Source of the DNA: Patescibacteria group bacterium
GTDB lineage: Bacteria; Patescibacteriota; Minisyncoccia; Phycocordibacterales; UBA9973
Assembly: GCA_038063915.1 (NCBI GenBank)
Contig: JBBTUE010000004.1
Coordinates: forward strand, 38,719 to 102,718
Length of the DNA stretch: 64,000 nt
Direction: 5' to 3'
Shown: positions 17,796 to 27,786 of the stretch, piece by piece
How positions within the stretch are numbered: the first letter of the stretch is position 1
How the letters are laid out: every line of letters starts with the position of its first letter
Position numbers and translations under genes: made by a program
The notes under the pieces: generated by a model
Database searches by the model: none
Told to the model about the DNA's origin: nothing
What the model saw: only the letters and a program-made list of their open reading frames with translations

Positions 17796-20024
17796 TTACT
17801 CAAAATGTAAATCTAAATTTTTATCGGCAAGGGTTTTTTCAAGTAGGGGAAGGGAGGCGAGAGTGGAATCTTTTTCTATAAGTTTAATTGCTTCAGTTCG
17901 CGCAGCCTCTACCATTTTAATATTTTTTATCGCTTCCATGCCAAGATCGGTGATGCCCCATTGCTTATCTCCAGAGAGTAGCCCTGCACCACGTAAAGAA
18001 AGATCTAGTTCTGCGAGCTCAAATCCACTACTGGCTTTCACCAATGCTTTCAACCTATCTACAGTTTTATCAGTCTTCGCATCAGCAAATAAGTAACAGT
18101 ATGATTGATGAGTACTTCGGATAACACGTCCTCGGAGCTGGTGAAGCTGTGCCAACCCAAAGCGCTCGGCGCCTTCTATAATGATAGATGTAGCATTCGG
18201 AACATTTACTCCTACTTCGATAACAGATGTTGAAACAAGGATGTCTATCTCATGGTCTTTGAATTCTTGCATGATATCTTCCTTTTTTTGTTTAGTCATC
18301 TTTGAGTGCATGACACCAATGCGATATTTAGGAAAAACTTCTTTCGCAAGACGCTTTGCTTCAGCAAGAACTGATTTTGCTATCACAGCTAGCTCCTTAT
18401 CTGGATCGGGTTCATTTATGCGCGGACAAATCACATATACTTGCCTGCCATTTTCTAATTCAAGCCGGACTTTTTCATAGGCCTCTTCTCTTTTGTTTGG
18501 TGACACAATTTCTGTAACAACTTGTTTACGACCAGCGGGCATCTCGTCAATAATACTTAGATCTAGATCACCATAAATGGTTAGTGCAAGTGTCCTAGGG
18601 ATAGGAGTCGCAGTCATAGAAAGGTAATGCGGGGCGTGGCCTTCTTTCTTGGCAAGTTTCATACGCTGATTAGTACCAAAGCGATGCTGTTCGTCTATTA
18701 TTACTAGTCCTAAGTCTTCAAATTCTACAGTCTTGGATATTAGGGCGTGAGTACCTATGACTATTGGTATCTCGCCGTTCTTTACCCATTTGAGGAGTTG
18801 GTTCCTTGAAATCGGAGTCCAAGTTCGGACTTGCTTTCCATTTTCGAAGTGGGCGCTCTTACTTGGGAATTTTCGACAGCCACTGCCTGTAATAAGGCCG
18901 ATGGATATGCCAGTGTGATCAAAGTATTCTATAAAACTCTCATAAAGTTGGGTGGCGAGAACTTCAGTCGGAGCCATGTAAGCAACTTGTAAATTACCGA
19001 AATTCTGCCCTGTCGGTCTATTTTTTATTACTGCATAAGCAACTGTTGCGGCGACAAATGTCTTGCCACTACCGACGTCGCCCTCGATAAGTCGGGACAT
19101 CGGTTTATCTTTTTTAAAATCATCCAAAATAGTGCGAATAACATCACTCTGCGCTTTTGTTGGAGTGAAGGGAAAGCGAGAGATGAAATCTTTAATATCT
19201 GTCTCTGGGATTTTAAGCTTATAGGAAAATAGTTCCTCGTACGCTTTACGTTCCTGCTGGCGTGCAAGCTGGATGAAAAATACTTCCTCGAAAGCGAAAC
19301 GCTTGCGAGCAATCTCGGAATGCTCGGCCTTTTGTGGCATATGTATCCACACAAGGGCCGTATGGAGGGCTGGTAATTTATATCTAGAGATAATATCAGT
19401 GGGTAAGTAATCAACAATATCTTTGGTACAACTTTGTTTGAGTATCTTCTCTACAGCGTGATATATCCATTTCGAAGTTATTCCTCTCGATTCTCCATAA
19501 ATTGGATATCCAAACTGGTGCCCCCGCTCACCTTTTTTAAAAAGTGAATCGTGAATATCAATTGGCAGTATATCCTCGGGATTTATCTCTGGATTCGTTA
19601 GGGTTAGTCCATAAGTTTTATGGTTGGATATTTTCCCAGTGACTCTGACTGTAGAGCCTTCCTTTAGCATTTTTGCTAAATATGGCTGATGAAACCAAAT
19701 GATATTGATTGAACCAGTTAAATCAGAGAGCAGTGCCTGGCCCATAGGTATTTTACTCTTCCAACCTTTCTTGGCTTTAAGTTTAGAAATTGTACCTAAA
19801 ATTGTGGATGTCTCACCCTCTATAAGGTCACTAATATTTTTTACCTCCGATATATCTGTATATCTAGAGGGGAAGTAATAAAGTAAATCACGAATAGTAT
19901 GAAGTCCTAGTCGCGCCAGAGCTCTCTTTTGGTTGGTGTCAATTCTAAACTGTGTTTCAAGTTTATCGTGGAGCTGCATAGTTTGAAGATGGAGGTTTAC
20001 TACCTCCATACATGACAATACCAC
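17796..20024 (-). CDS. recG: ATP-dependent DNA helicase RecG
   Basis: GDVGSGKT, DEQHRFG, MTATPIPRTL, AERFGLAQLHQLRGRV; real start probably 19979. Confidence 0.97.
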   Translation of the reverse strand: MVLSCMEVVNLHLQTMQLHDKLETQFRIDTNQKRALARLGLHTIRDLLYYFPSRYTDISEVKNISDLIEGETSTILGTISKLKAKKGWKSKIPMGQALLSDLTGSINIIWFHQPYLAKMLKEGSTVRVTGKISNHKTYGLTLTNPEINPEDILPIDIHDSLFKKGERGHQFGYPIYGESRGITSKWIYHAVEKILKQSCTKDIVDYLPTDIISRYKLPALHTALVWIHMPQKAEHSEIARKRFAFEEVFFIQLARQQERKAYEELFSYKLKIPETDIKDFISRFPFTPTKAQSDVIRTILDDFKKDKPMSRLIEGDVGSGKTFVAATVAYAVIKNRPTGQNFGNLQVAYMAPTEVLATQLYESFIEYFDHTGISIGLITGSGCRKFPSKSAHFENGKQVRTWTPISRNQLLKWVKNGEIPIVIGTHALISKTVEFEDLGLVIIDEQHRFGTNQRMKLAKKEGHAPHYLSMTATPIPRTLALTIYGDLDLSIIDEMPAGRKQVVTEIVSPNKREEAYEKVRLELENGRQVYVICPRINEPDPDKELAVIAKSVLAEAKRLAKEVFPKYRIGVMHSKMTKQKKEDIMQEFKDHEIDILVSTSVIEVGVNVPNATSIIIEGAERFGLAQLHQLRGRVIRSTHQSYCYLFADAKTDKTVDRLKALVKASSGFELAELDLSLRGAGLLSGDKQWGITDLGMEAIKNIKMVEAARTEAIKLIEKDSTLASLPLLEKTLADKNLDLHFE

Positions 20025-20097
20025 CTATAGCTATGAGTACGATTAGGAGTATTATCGCTCTTGTGTTCTCGGTCATCTTCATATACTGGAGTAAATA

Positions 20098-20463
20098 CTA
20101 ATTTAGTATTTTATTTATTCGCTCTATGAGCTCATCTAGAGTGAAGTTAGACTTGACCATAAAATCTGTTGCTCCCAGTTCTTGTGCCTTTTTTATATCT
20201 TTTTCTTCAGATAAATTAGAAAATACTATGACTGGGATTTTTTTAAGATGCTCAGTCTCCCTAACTTTTTTTAGTATTTCAAAGCCGTCAAATTTTGGGA
20301 GAATAATATCAAGCAGGATTAAATCAATACCCACTTCTAGTATCATATCCATGCCTTCTTCTCCAGTAGAAGCTGCGATAACTTCGTACTTGTCTTTTTT
20401 GAGTTTACTAACTTCCAAACCTTGGAGGAAACTATCATCTTCTATTACGAGTACTTTCTTCAT
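20098..20463 (-). CDS. single-domain response regulator
   Basis: VIEDD, LLDIILP, FSN, FMVK. Confidence 0.92.
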   Translation of the reverse strand: MKKVLVIEDDSFLQGLEVSKLKKDKYEVIAASTGEEGMDMILEVGIDLILLDIILPKFDGFEILKKVRETEHLKKIPVIVFSNLSEEKDIKKAQELGATDFMVKSNFTLDELIERINKILN

Positions 20464-20485
20464 GGGTATAATTATAACATAAGCA

Positions 20486-21253
20486 TTAATTTATAGGTAA
20501 TGTAACAAAGAATGTCGTACCAGGACTTTCTCCACCAGAGGCGGATCCGCCTTCGGAGGAAAACCATATCTTACCCTTATGGTGTTCGACTATATTCTTT
20601 GCAGTGAATAGCCCAAGGCCCGAGCCGATACTCTCCTTTTTTATTGCATTCGTGGCTCGGAAAAATTTATTGAATATATTGCCTTGATTCTCTTTACTTA
20701 TACCTATTCCATTGTCATGAATAGAAATCTCAATTTCGTTGCTCTCCTTCTTGTGCCTAAGCGACATCACGATCTTGCCGTGTGGCTGGCTATACTTGAT
20801 AGCATTTTCTACTAAGTTTTGGATTACAACCCTCATCATTTCCGTATCGCAGTTTATTTCAGGCAGCCCATCTTCTGGTTTTAGTAACGTCAGCTCAATA
20901 CCTTTATTAAATGTTTCGCCTGAGAATTCAAATAGTATCTGCTCTATAATTTTGAGTAAGTTTATCTTCTCTAGCTTAGGTTCCATATTCATCTCACCAG
21001 TATGATTTAGAGTAAGTAAATTATTCACAAGGGTGATCATGTGTTCATTGCTGTCGAATGCCTTTTTTATAAATCCTTCTTGCTCGACGGTGAGCTTGCC
21101 TAAATCTTTATCTATTAACATTTTGAGAATCCACTTTAACGCTGAGAGTGACGTGCGAAGCTGATGCGCTGAAATAGAAACAAGATTTGCCTTATCAGCG
21201 TTTATCTTTTTTAATTTTTCATTTTCTACTTTTAATTTACTTATCTCGTCCAT
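20486..21253 (-). CDS. histidine kinase without sensor domain
   Basis: AHQLRTSL H-box, NLVENAIKYS, DNGIGI, GSGLGL. Confidence 0.92.
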   Translation of the reverse strand: MDEISKLKVENEKLKKINADKANLVSISAHQLRTSLSALKWILKMLIDKDLGKLTVEQEGFIKKAFDSNEHMITLVNNLLTLNHTGEMNMEPKLEKINLLKIIEQILFEFSGETFNKGIELTLLKPEDGLPEINCDTEMMRVVIQNLVENAIKYSQPHGKIVMSLRHKKESNEIEISIHDNGIGISKENQGNIFNKFFRATNAIKKESIGSGLGLFTAKNIVEHHKGKIWFSSEGGSASGGESPGTTFFVTLPIN

Positions 21254-21281
21254 ACTATATAAGTATAGCAGAGTTTTACTG

Positions 21282-21367
21282 CGGAAGCGGTGAGATTCGA
21301 ACTCACGGTCCTTTTTGGGGACGACGGTTTAGTAAACCGTTGATTTAAACCACTCATCCACGCTTCC
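21282..21367 (-). tRNA. tRNA-Ser(ACU)
   Basis: GGAAGCG/CGCTTCC-G acceptor, ACGGT-TT ACT AA-ACCGT anticodon arm, long variable arm, GTTCGAATC. Confidence 0.88.
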
Positions 21368-21448
21368 AGTTATCACATACTAGCACAATATTATTTAAAT
21401 AAAAAAAGACTTTTTGGGTAAAAGAAGTAAATATGATAAGGTATCTAC

Positions 21449-21538
21449 GGAGACGTGTCGGAGTGGTCTAACGTACCTCCTTGCTAAGGAGGCAGGCTTT
21501 AATCGGCCTCGTGGGTTCAAATCCCACCGTCTCCGCCA
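21449..21538 (+). tRNA. tRNA-Ser(GCU)
   Basis: GGAGACG/CGTCTCC-GCCA, CCTCC-TT GCT AA-GGAGG, long variable arm. Confidence 0.95.
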
Positions 21539-21557
21539 AAATCTAAACAACAGAGCT

Positions 21558-22151
21558 CTATTTTTTTAGAGTTTTACTATTCTTGAGATCGTTAATTTCT
21601 CTTTCTAATTCTCCTATATGGATTTCTAGTTTCTGTGCTTTCGAAGACAATCTGTCTTCGATGCTCTTCGATTGTTTTCTTAAAGATTCTGCTACTACCA
21701 TCATATCGGTGACATCTTCTATGGCAAGAACTATTATAGATGGATGAGGTTCCTTGCCGTCTTCATCTGTGACATAAATCTGACGACCATTTAGAATCAT
21801 TACTCTACGTCCAATGTCAGGGAACTCATGGGCAACTTGGAAGCCTTTGAAAAATGTTTGTTTGGGTAAAATGTTTTCAAGGAGTGTCCTTAACTCTGGT
21901 ATATTCCACTGACCATTACCAAGTCCATATACTACTTTTCCTTCAGTGTCTTCAAGTTCAGCAGAGAAAGTGTTATAGAAAGCATCATTTGCTGCTAACA
22001 CATGAAACTCTTCATCTAAGATTAATACCGGTTCCCGTACTACATCTACTACGGTTTTTATGTATGTCCAGCTTTTCTCCCAAAATCGCCCAAAGAAATC
22101 AGCCTCGCTTGTTTTAGGACTTTTACCCACATACTCTTTAATTTTAATCAT
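21558..22151 (-). CDS. stand-alone PAS-domain protein with coiled-coil tail
   Basis: VDVVREPVLILD..F.VLAANDAFY..F, LGNGQWNIPELR.LLE.ILP, IVLAIEDVT. Confidence 0.8.
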   Translation of the reverse strand: MIKIKEYVGKSPKTSEADFFGRFWEKSWTYIKTVVDVVREPVLILDEEFHVLAANDAFYNTFSAELEDTEGKVVYGLGNGQWNIPELRTLLENILPKQTFFKGFQVAHEFPDIGRRVMILNGRQIYVTDEDGKEPHPSIIVLAIEDVTDMMVVAESLRKQSKSIEDRLSSKAQKLEIHIGELEREINDLKNSKTLKK

Positions 22152-22256
22152 TAGATAAGCTTAGCACAATGCAAGTTATAATGTGCAACATGTAACCCAA
22201 TACTGTGTTCCAATATAAATCAAATAATCATTATTATGGTATGTTATTATTAAATT

Positions 22257-22826
22257 ATGTCAAAAATCTTAGTCGCAATTGCAGTCATATTTGCAATCAT
22301 TGGCAACGTACCTTATTTACGTGATGTTATAAAAGGGAAAGTAAAGCCACATCCGTACACATGGTTTGTATGGTCTATTGTCTCAGCAGTTACATTCTTC
22401 GGACAAGTTGTAAAAGGCGCTGGTATTGGGGCAATACCTACAGGGGTATCTGAGATATTTACAGTTATTATTTTCTTTTTCTCACTCCGATATGGGTTTA
22501 AAAATATTGTGAGACGAGACACTTATTTTCTAATATTTGCTTTGCTCGGATTAATTCCTTGGATATTAACTAAGGATCCGACCATATCTGTAATTATAGT
22601 TGTTAGTATTGACCTTATCGCTTTTATTCCCACACTTCGTAAAACTTATTATTATCCAAGTACCGAGAAACCATTACTCTATAGTATGAATGTCTCACGT
22701 CATATTTTGACCCTATTTTCCTTACAGGCATATAATATAGTAACCACTCTGCACTCTATAGTAATGATAATTATAAACTCATTTATGACTTTCTTCTTAC
22801 TTAAACATAGAGAAAATAGAGGATAA
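22257..22826 (+). CDS. hypothetical multi-pass membrane protein
   Basis: PYLRDVIKGKVKPH..TW; about 7 TM. Confidence 0.75.
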   Translation: MSKILVAIAVIFAIIGNVPYLRDVIKGKVKPHPYTWFVWSIVSAVTFFGQVVKGAGIGAIPTGVSEIFTVIIFFFSLRYGFKNIVRRDTYFLIFALLGLIPWILTKDPTISVIIVVSIDLIAFIPTLRKTYYYPSTEKPLLYSMNVSRHILTLFSLQAYNIVTTLHSIVMIIINSFMTFFLLKHRENRG

Positions 22827-22887
22827 GATTACCTATTAACTTCTAAAAGGTGTATAATATATCTATTATAAATATAATTTATTATAT

Positions 22888-23277
22888 ATGACTAATGACA
22901 AAAAGTTCGAATGGTTACTACGTATAGGGGTAGCAGGAGAATTTATTGGACACGGTATGCTTGCCATACTAGGTAAAGCTGATTGGATAGGTTGGATAAG
23001 TAAAATGCTCGGAGTAGATACACCGACTGCGACTACACTCCTTCTTTTAATAGGAATCTCTGATGTTATCGTCGCATTAATTGTATTATTTAGACCAGTC
23101 AAACCCATACTACTTTGGGCTACACTTTGGGGATTCTGGACAGCATTAGTCAGGCCTCTAGTGGCAAGCCCTGCTTTTGGTGGCACGTCTACGCTCGATT
23201 TTATAGAAAGATTTGCAAACTGGGCTGCACCACTTGCGCTCTATTACTATTATTTATATCAAAGCAGGAAGAATTAA
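22888..23277 (+). CDS. DoxX-like membrane protein
   Basis: LLRIGVAGEFIGHG; 3-4 TM. Confidence 0.65.
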   Translation: MTNDKKFEWLLRIGVAGEFIGHGMLAILGKADWIGWISKMLGVDTPTATTLLLLIGISDVIVALIVLFRPVKPILLWATLWGFWTALVRPLVASPAFGGTSTLDFIERFANWAAPLALYYYYLYQSRKN

Positions 23278-23287
23278 TTAAAATTTT

Positions 23288-23458
23288 ATGACATTCATAC
23301 AAACATTACTACAAACTATTTGGGCTTCGATTCTTGTGCTAGGCTGGGTTAAGGTTGTGATAGCGGTAGTCATCATAGCATTACTTTCTCGTGCTCAACC
23401 CCTACTCGGCCTTTTAGGTACTGCAATTTTCATCGCATACTTGGCGCACTGGATTTAA
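23288..23458 (+). CDS. small membrane protein (56 aa)
   Basis: Hydrophobic ORF 10 nt after the previous gene and before a terminator. Confidence 0.5.
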   Translation: MTFIQTLLQTIWASILVLGWVKVVIAVVIIALLSRAQPLLGLLGTAIFIAYLAHWI

Positions 23459-23470
23459 AATTAGATATAT

Positions 23471-23506
23471 AAAAAATGAGTTGCCTGTGACAGCAACTCA
23501 TTTTTA
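23471..23506. terminator. bidirectional intrinsic terminator
   Basis: AAAAAATGAGTTGC...GCAACTCATTTTTT. Confidence 0.75.
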
Positions 23507-23524
23507 TTATTTAGGTTAAGGAAT

Positions 23525-24043
23525 TTAATCCCAGATTTTTTTCTTCAAATCGTTTGGGCCAAACCCGCGGGGAAGGAGCTCACTTATTTTCCATATCTCT
23601 ACTTTGGTCATTTTCGTGTCTGCGATAATGACCTCTGTGTCAACTCCAGATAAATGAAATACTTCAAAAATCTCCTGTCTGCATCCACCACACGGGGCAG
23701 TAGGTTCAATGGTGTTACCTTTTCCGTCTTCTGTGTAGGCAATAACCGCAATTGCTACGATATCCTTTATTCGTCCTTCAGAGTTCGCTTTTACTATTGC
23801 GGACCTTTCAGCGCATGTGCCTAAAGGATAGGCTGCGTTCTCAACATTTGATGCAGATATAATGTCGCCATTTTTCATTCGAATAGCGGCACCAACAAAA
23901 AAATGAGAATAGGGCGCATGGGCTTTCATTGCTGCATCCAGTGCTTCAAATAAGAGAGTTCTCTCTTCTGTTGTCAGAGTATGATATTCTTTCGTTATCA
24001 TAATAGGTGTTTTTGATGATTGAATGTCGAAGTTTTTCTTCAA
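23525..24043 (-). CDS. cdd: cytidine deaminase
   Basis: APYSHFFVGAA, NVENAAYP...CAER, PCGGCRQ, LLP.GF; likely start 24001. Confidence 0.93.
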   Translation of the reverse strand: MKKNFDIQSSKTPIMITKEYHTLTTEERTLLFEALDAAMKAHAPYSHFFVGAAIRMKNGDIISASNVENAAYPLGTCAERSAIVKANSEGRIKDIVAIAVIAYTEDGKGNTIEPTAPCGGCRQEIFEVFHLSGVDTEVIIADTKMTKVEIWKISELLPRGFGPNDLKKKIWD

Positions 24044-24159
24044 TCTATGCTTTTTGTAGATTTTGTCAATGTCTTACTTATCCAAATACTAACCTTGACT
24101 TCACCCCAGATTATGGTTAAGGTAAAGAAAAATCTGTTTAAAAAATAAAAAGAACAACC

Positions 24160-24939
24160 ATGAAAAAGCCTTCTAAAGCCAAAGCATCTCTTCAGCCCAA
24201 AGCGCCGACTCCGCACATAGGTGCGAAGAAAGGGGAGATAGCACCCCTTGTACTACTATCCGGCGACCCAGTTCGTACCGAATGGATCGCAAAGACATTT
24301 TTAAAAAATGTTAGATGTGTCACAAAAGTCCGGGGTCTGCTTGGATTCACCGGCACATATAATGGAGTATTGGTAACAATTATGACGAGCGGTATGGGTC
24401 AGCCGACACTTGGCATTATTGTAACAGAATTGATTACTGTCTATGATGTGAAGAAAATAATCCGGGTTGGCTCTGCTGGTTCACTGCAAGCGCATATAAA
24501 AAAGATGGACATAGTAATTGCAACAGGGGCCAGTACCGATTCCGGTATGAATAACGCCAGATTCCCTTTTTGCCATTTTGCACCAATTGCAGATCCATCT
24601 TAAACGAGGAAGTCTGAGGATGTAGCCAGCAGACTCGGTATAAAAGTTTACGTAGGTGGGATATTGGCCGGTGATAAATTTTATCCTGATATGGATCCCA
24701 CGACTCTGAAATGGAATTGGGGTTCGTGGAAAATTTTTGCCGAGTATGGAGTTCTGGCCGTAGAAATGGAAAGTTCAGAGCTTTTCACCCTGGCTGCCTT
24801 GCATGGGATACAGGCACTGACCCTTCTGACAATAAGCGATACGCTGGCGAGGAAAAGTAAACCTCTCACAAGTGAGCAAAGGGCAAGTTCTTTTGGAAAA
24901 ATGATAAAAATTGCCCTCAGAACTATTACTGGACGATAG
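24160..24939 (+). pseudogene. deoD: purine nucleoside phosphorylase DeoD with one in-frame TAA at 24601-24603
   Basis: TPHI, GDPVR, RGLLGFTG.Y, GMG.P, IIRVGSAG before the stop; D.FY, VEMES, ALTLLTISD after it in the same frame. Confidence 0.85.
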
Positions 24940-25037
24940 AGTTTCATATAATAGTAAAAATAAAAAGGCAGAGCTCTTGAATGAGACTGCCTTTTTTGAT
25001 GCTTGGTTTACGGTGATATTTGTTATAATATCTAAAT

Positions 25038-25238
25038 ATGGAAGGAATTGAATTTGAGAAAGAGGTCTCTAGACCATCTATGTTTATCAAACAAGAGCCA
25101 CCCAAACAGTCATGGGTAATAAGATTAGTTATGAAAATCTCAGGTGGACACATTAAAACCGAGGAACAAGCCTCAAAGGTTTTAATAATAGCTACCATTA
25201 TATTTTTCTTATTATCAATTTATAATTTCTTTTTCTAA
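25038..25238 (+). CDS. small membrane protein
   Basis: 66 aa with a C-terminal TM; TGTTATAAT upstream. Confidence 0.6.
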   Translation: MEGIEFEKEVSRPSMFIKQEPPKQSWVIRLVMKISGGHIKTEEQASKVLIIATIIFFLLSIYNFFF

Positions 25239-25240
25239 TA

Positions 25241-25777
25241 ATGAAAAGACCTAATAAAACTAGAAGTGGTTTTACGCTCATAGAACTTATGGTGGTGATA
25301 TCTGTCATCACTTTTATGTCTAGTGTTGTATTCTCGGCACTCGGCAATGCACGAGCCAAAGCCAAAGATTCTGTTATAAGACAAGAAGTTTTACAACTCG
25401 CCAATCTATTAGAGCTAGAGTATCTTAATACAAGAAGTTATGCAGGAGGGTGGACATGGTTAGATTGGGTTAATACTACTGGTGGGACTAGTGGTACAGC
25501 CAACGATTGTAATTATAGTGCGTGGTTTACTTCAGTAACTTACGGGTCAAAAATGAGAGAAATATGTGACAAAATAGTTAAAAATGAAACTGGTTCTAAT
25601 CTTTTATTAATTTGGCCCACCAACGCCGACAATTCTCAGGTTGGTACCTATAGAATCATGGTCAAACTTCCAAGTAATGGCGCTTATTATGTCTGCAAAG
25701 GAAATAATGGAAAAAGCTCAGTAGGTGATCCATCTGGATGGACTGCACCGGGGTGTTATTTAGATCTTTCTCAATAA
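25241..25777 (+). CDS. type IV pilin-like protein
   Basis: SG|FTLIELMVVI prepilin motif; paired Cys. Confidence 0.88.
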   Translation: MKRPNKTRSGFTLIELMVVISVITFMSSVVFSALGNARAKAKDSVIRQEVLQLANLLELEYLNTRSYAGGWTWLDWVNTTGGTSGTANDCNYSAWFTSVTYGSKMREICDKIVKNETGSNLLLIWPTNADNSQVGTYRIMVKLPSNGAYYVCKGNNGKSSVGDPSGWTAPGCYLDLSQ

Positions 25778-25835
25778 CTTTCCTTAAATATCTCAGCATC
25801 CTACTGTAATATTAAAATAATGTTATAATCAAATT

Positions 25836-26279
25836 ATGAATTTCAGAAAAACTGATACTGAACTCATTCATTTTTTTCGTCGCATATCCGTGCCGATAGC
25901 TCGGTTTGGATTATTTGTAGTTTTTTTCTGGTTCGGATTATTGAAAGTCATTGGGCTTTCACCTGCAAGTGGTTTAGTGCAAGCCTTATTTGAAAATACT
26001 GTCCACTTTATGTCGTTCCCGACCTTCTTAGTACTTTTTGGATTATTTGAAATGCTTATCGGTATACTCTTTTTGATTCATGGTGCTGAACGCGTAGTCA
26101 TCCCACTTCTTTTTATACATATGATCACGACATTTATGCCACTTTTTCTCCTTCCCCAAGTCACCTGGTCTGGTTTTATGACCCCAACTCTTGAAGGTCA
26201 ATATATTATAAAGAATTTAGCATTAATCGCAGCAGCGGTCGGTATTGCTTCTCATCTACATCCACTACACAAAAGATAA
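25836..26279 (+). CDS. DoxX-like membrane protein
   Basis: ARFGLFVVFFWFGLLK, EGQYIIKN. Confidence 0.75.
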   Translation: MNFRKTDTELIHFFRRISVPIARFGLFVVFFWFGLLKVIGLSPASGLVQALFENTVHFMSFPTFLVLFGLFEMLIGILFLIHGAERVVIPLLFIHMITTFMPLFLLPQVTWSGFMTPTLEGQYIIKNLALIAAAVGIASHLHPLHKR

Positions 26280-26595
26280 TATGCAAACAAAGTTAAATAA
26301 ATATTGGATTATAATAGCCTTAATAATAATAGTGAATGTTTCTATTTTTTTGTTTTTCTCTAGCCATCTAGAGAGCTTTGTGGCAGATTATACCGCTTCT
26401 GTAGATACTAGAAGTGGGCTCTAATTATATAGTTTGCTATTTAAAAAGATGGTATAATGGCTACATGGGTCGTTTATTAAACTCATATTTATAAATGTTA
26501 TGATAAGAGGAACTGACCATTAAAAGGTGGTTTTCACCCACGAAAGAGACAGAATGGAGAAATCTATTGCTGTCTCTTTGTGTATAATGTAACTA

Positions 26596-27786
26596 ATGAA
26601 ACAAAAGTCCACATCGGTATCACATAAAAAGAAATGCTCATATTGCGCAGATGCGCCAGTGAACCACAAGCTCTATTATTTAGAGAGTATTGTTTCGTCA
26701 GCTTTTGAGTCTCATATGGCAGGGGTGACAAGGCACGCTCCAAATTTCCTGAAAGATTTTGCCAGTTTCATACCAATAGCACTTTTTAAGGTTCTCATAA
26801 AACTTAAACTAGCACACTTTTCTTCTGATATTGAAAAAGTTTGTTCGTTTCGGTCTCGTGTTATTTGGGAGGAAGCGAAAAGGCGGGGGATTCCCATGGA
26901 ACAAATCATACTTGGTAAAAAGCCACTCGATTGGTATCGAGCAGTTCTAGACGGCAAAGCCATTTATTTTGAAAGTATTCCAATCCAACCACAATTTCTG
27001 GATTTCAAAAAAGATTGGGATAATAAGATAATACTTAAAAAAGAATTATCAAAACATAATATACCTGTACCTTCATATAAAAAACTTTCAATATTTAGAT
27101 TAAGAAATTTAAATAAAATATTTTCAAAATTCAAAACGCCGGTGATTGTAAAACCGCAATTAGGGTCAAGAGCTCGCCACACAGTCACTAATATTAATTC
27201 CCTGAAACATTTTAAAGAGGGAGTAACTATAGCAGGACAAATTTCCCCTTATCTTGTTGTCGAGGAGCATTTGTATGGCCACGTATGTCGGGCAACTCTA
27301 GTCGGTGGAGTGCTCGCGGGATTTTATAAGGGGGAGTTGCCATTCATAATTGGTGATGGAGAAAAAACAATTCAAGAATTGATAAAAGAGAAAGACAGAG
27401 GGCGAATCGAGCGCTATCATATTCGTGTAGTAGATGAATTGCACGATCACATACTACGATCAGGTTTTACTATCGATGATATTTTGCCGAAAGAAATGTA
27501 TTTACCACTTTCTCATCGCACAGGCCAACTGTTTGGAGGGATGACCTCAGAGATGATAGATGAACTTCACCCGAGTTTTATTCCTATTTTAGAGAAAGCA
27601 GCAGGCGTTATCGGTCTGTCCGTCATAGGACTTGATTGTATTATTCCTGATCCAACTAAAGATGCGAGCGGGCAAAGATGGGGAATTATCGAATGCAATA
27701 CTCTGCCATTTATAAATATGCACTACTACGCACTCGTTGGTAAACCTCGCAACATCGCCGGCATGATTTGGGATTTGTGGAAATAA
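26596..27786 (+). CDS. ATP-grasp ligase, cyanophycin synthetase/GshF-like
   Basis: EAKRRGI, PVIVKP, VVEEH, IIGDG.KTI.ELI, GLDCI, IIECNTLP. Confidence 0.78.
   Translation: MKQKSTSVSHKKKCSYCADAPVNHKLYYLESIVSSAFESHMAGVTRHAPNFLKDFASFIPIALFKVLIKLKLAHFSSDIEKVCSFRSRVIWEEAKRRGIPMEQIILGKKPLDWYRAVLDGKAIYFESIPIQPQFLDFKKDWDNKIILKKELSKHNIPVPSYKKLSIFRLRNLNKIFSKFKTPVIVKPQLGSRARHTVTNINSLKHFKEGVTIAGQISPYLVVEEHLYGHVCRATLVGGVLAGFYKGELPFIIGDGEKTIQELIKEKDRGRIERYHIRVVDELHDHILRSGFTIDDILPKEMYLPLSHRTGQLFGGMTSEMIDELHPSFIPILEKAAGVIGLSVIGLDCIIPDPTKDASGQRWGIIECNTLPFINMHYYALVGKPRNIAGMIWDLWK

Noticed and set aside
24601-24603. Stop-codon reassignment (genetic code 25)
   Set aside because: The internal stop is TAA, and TGA ends genes normally here (gatC, prfB, RT).
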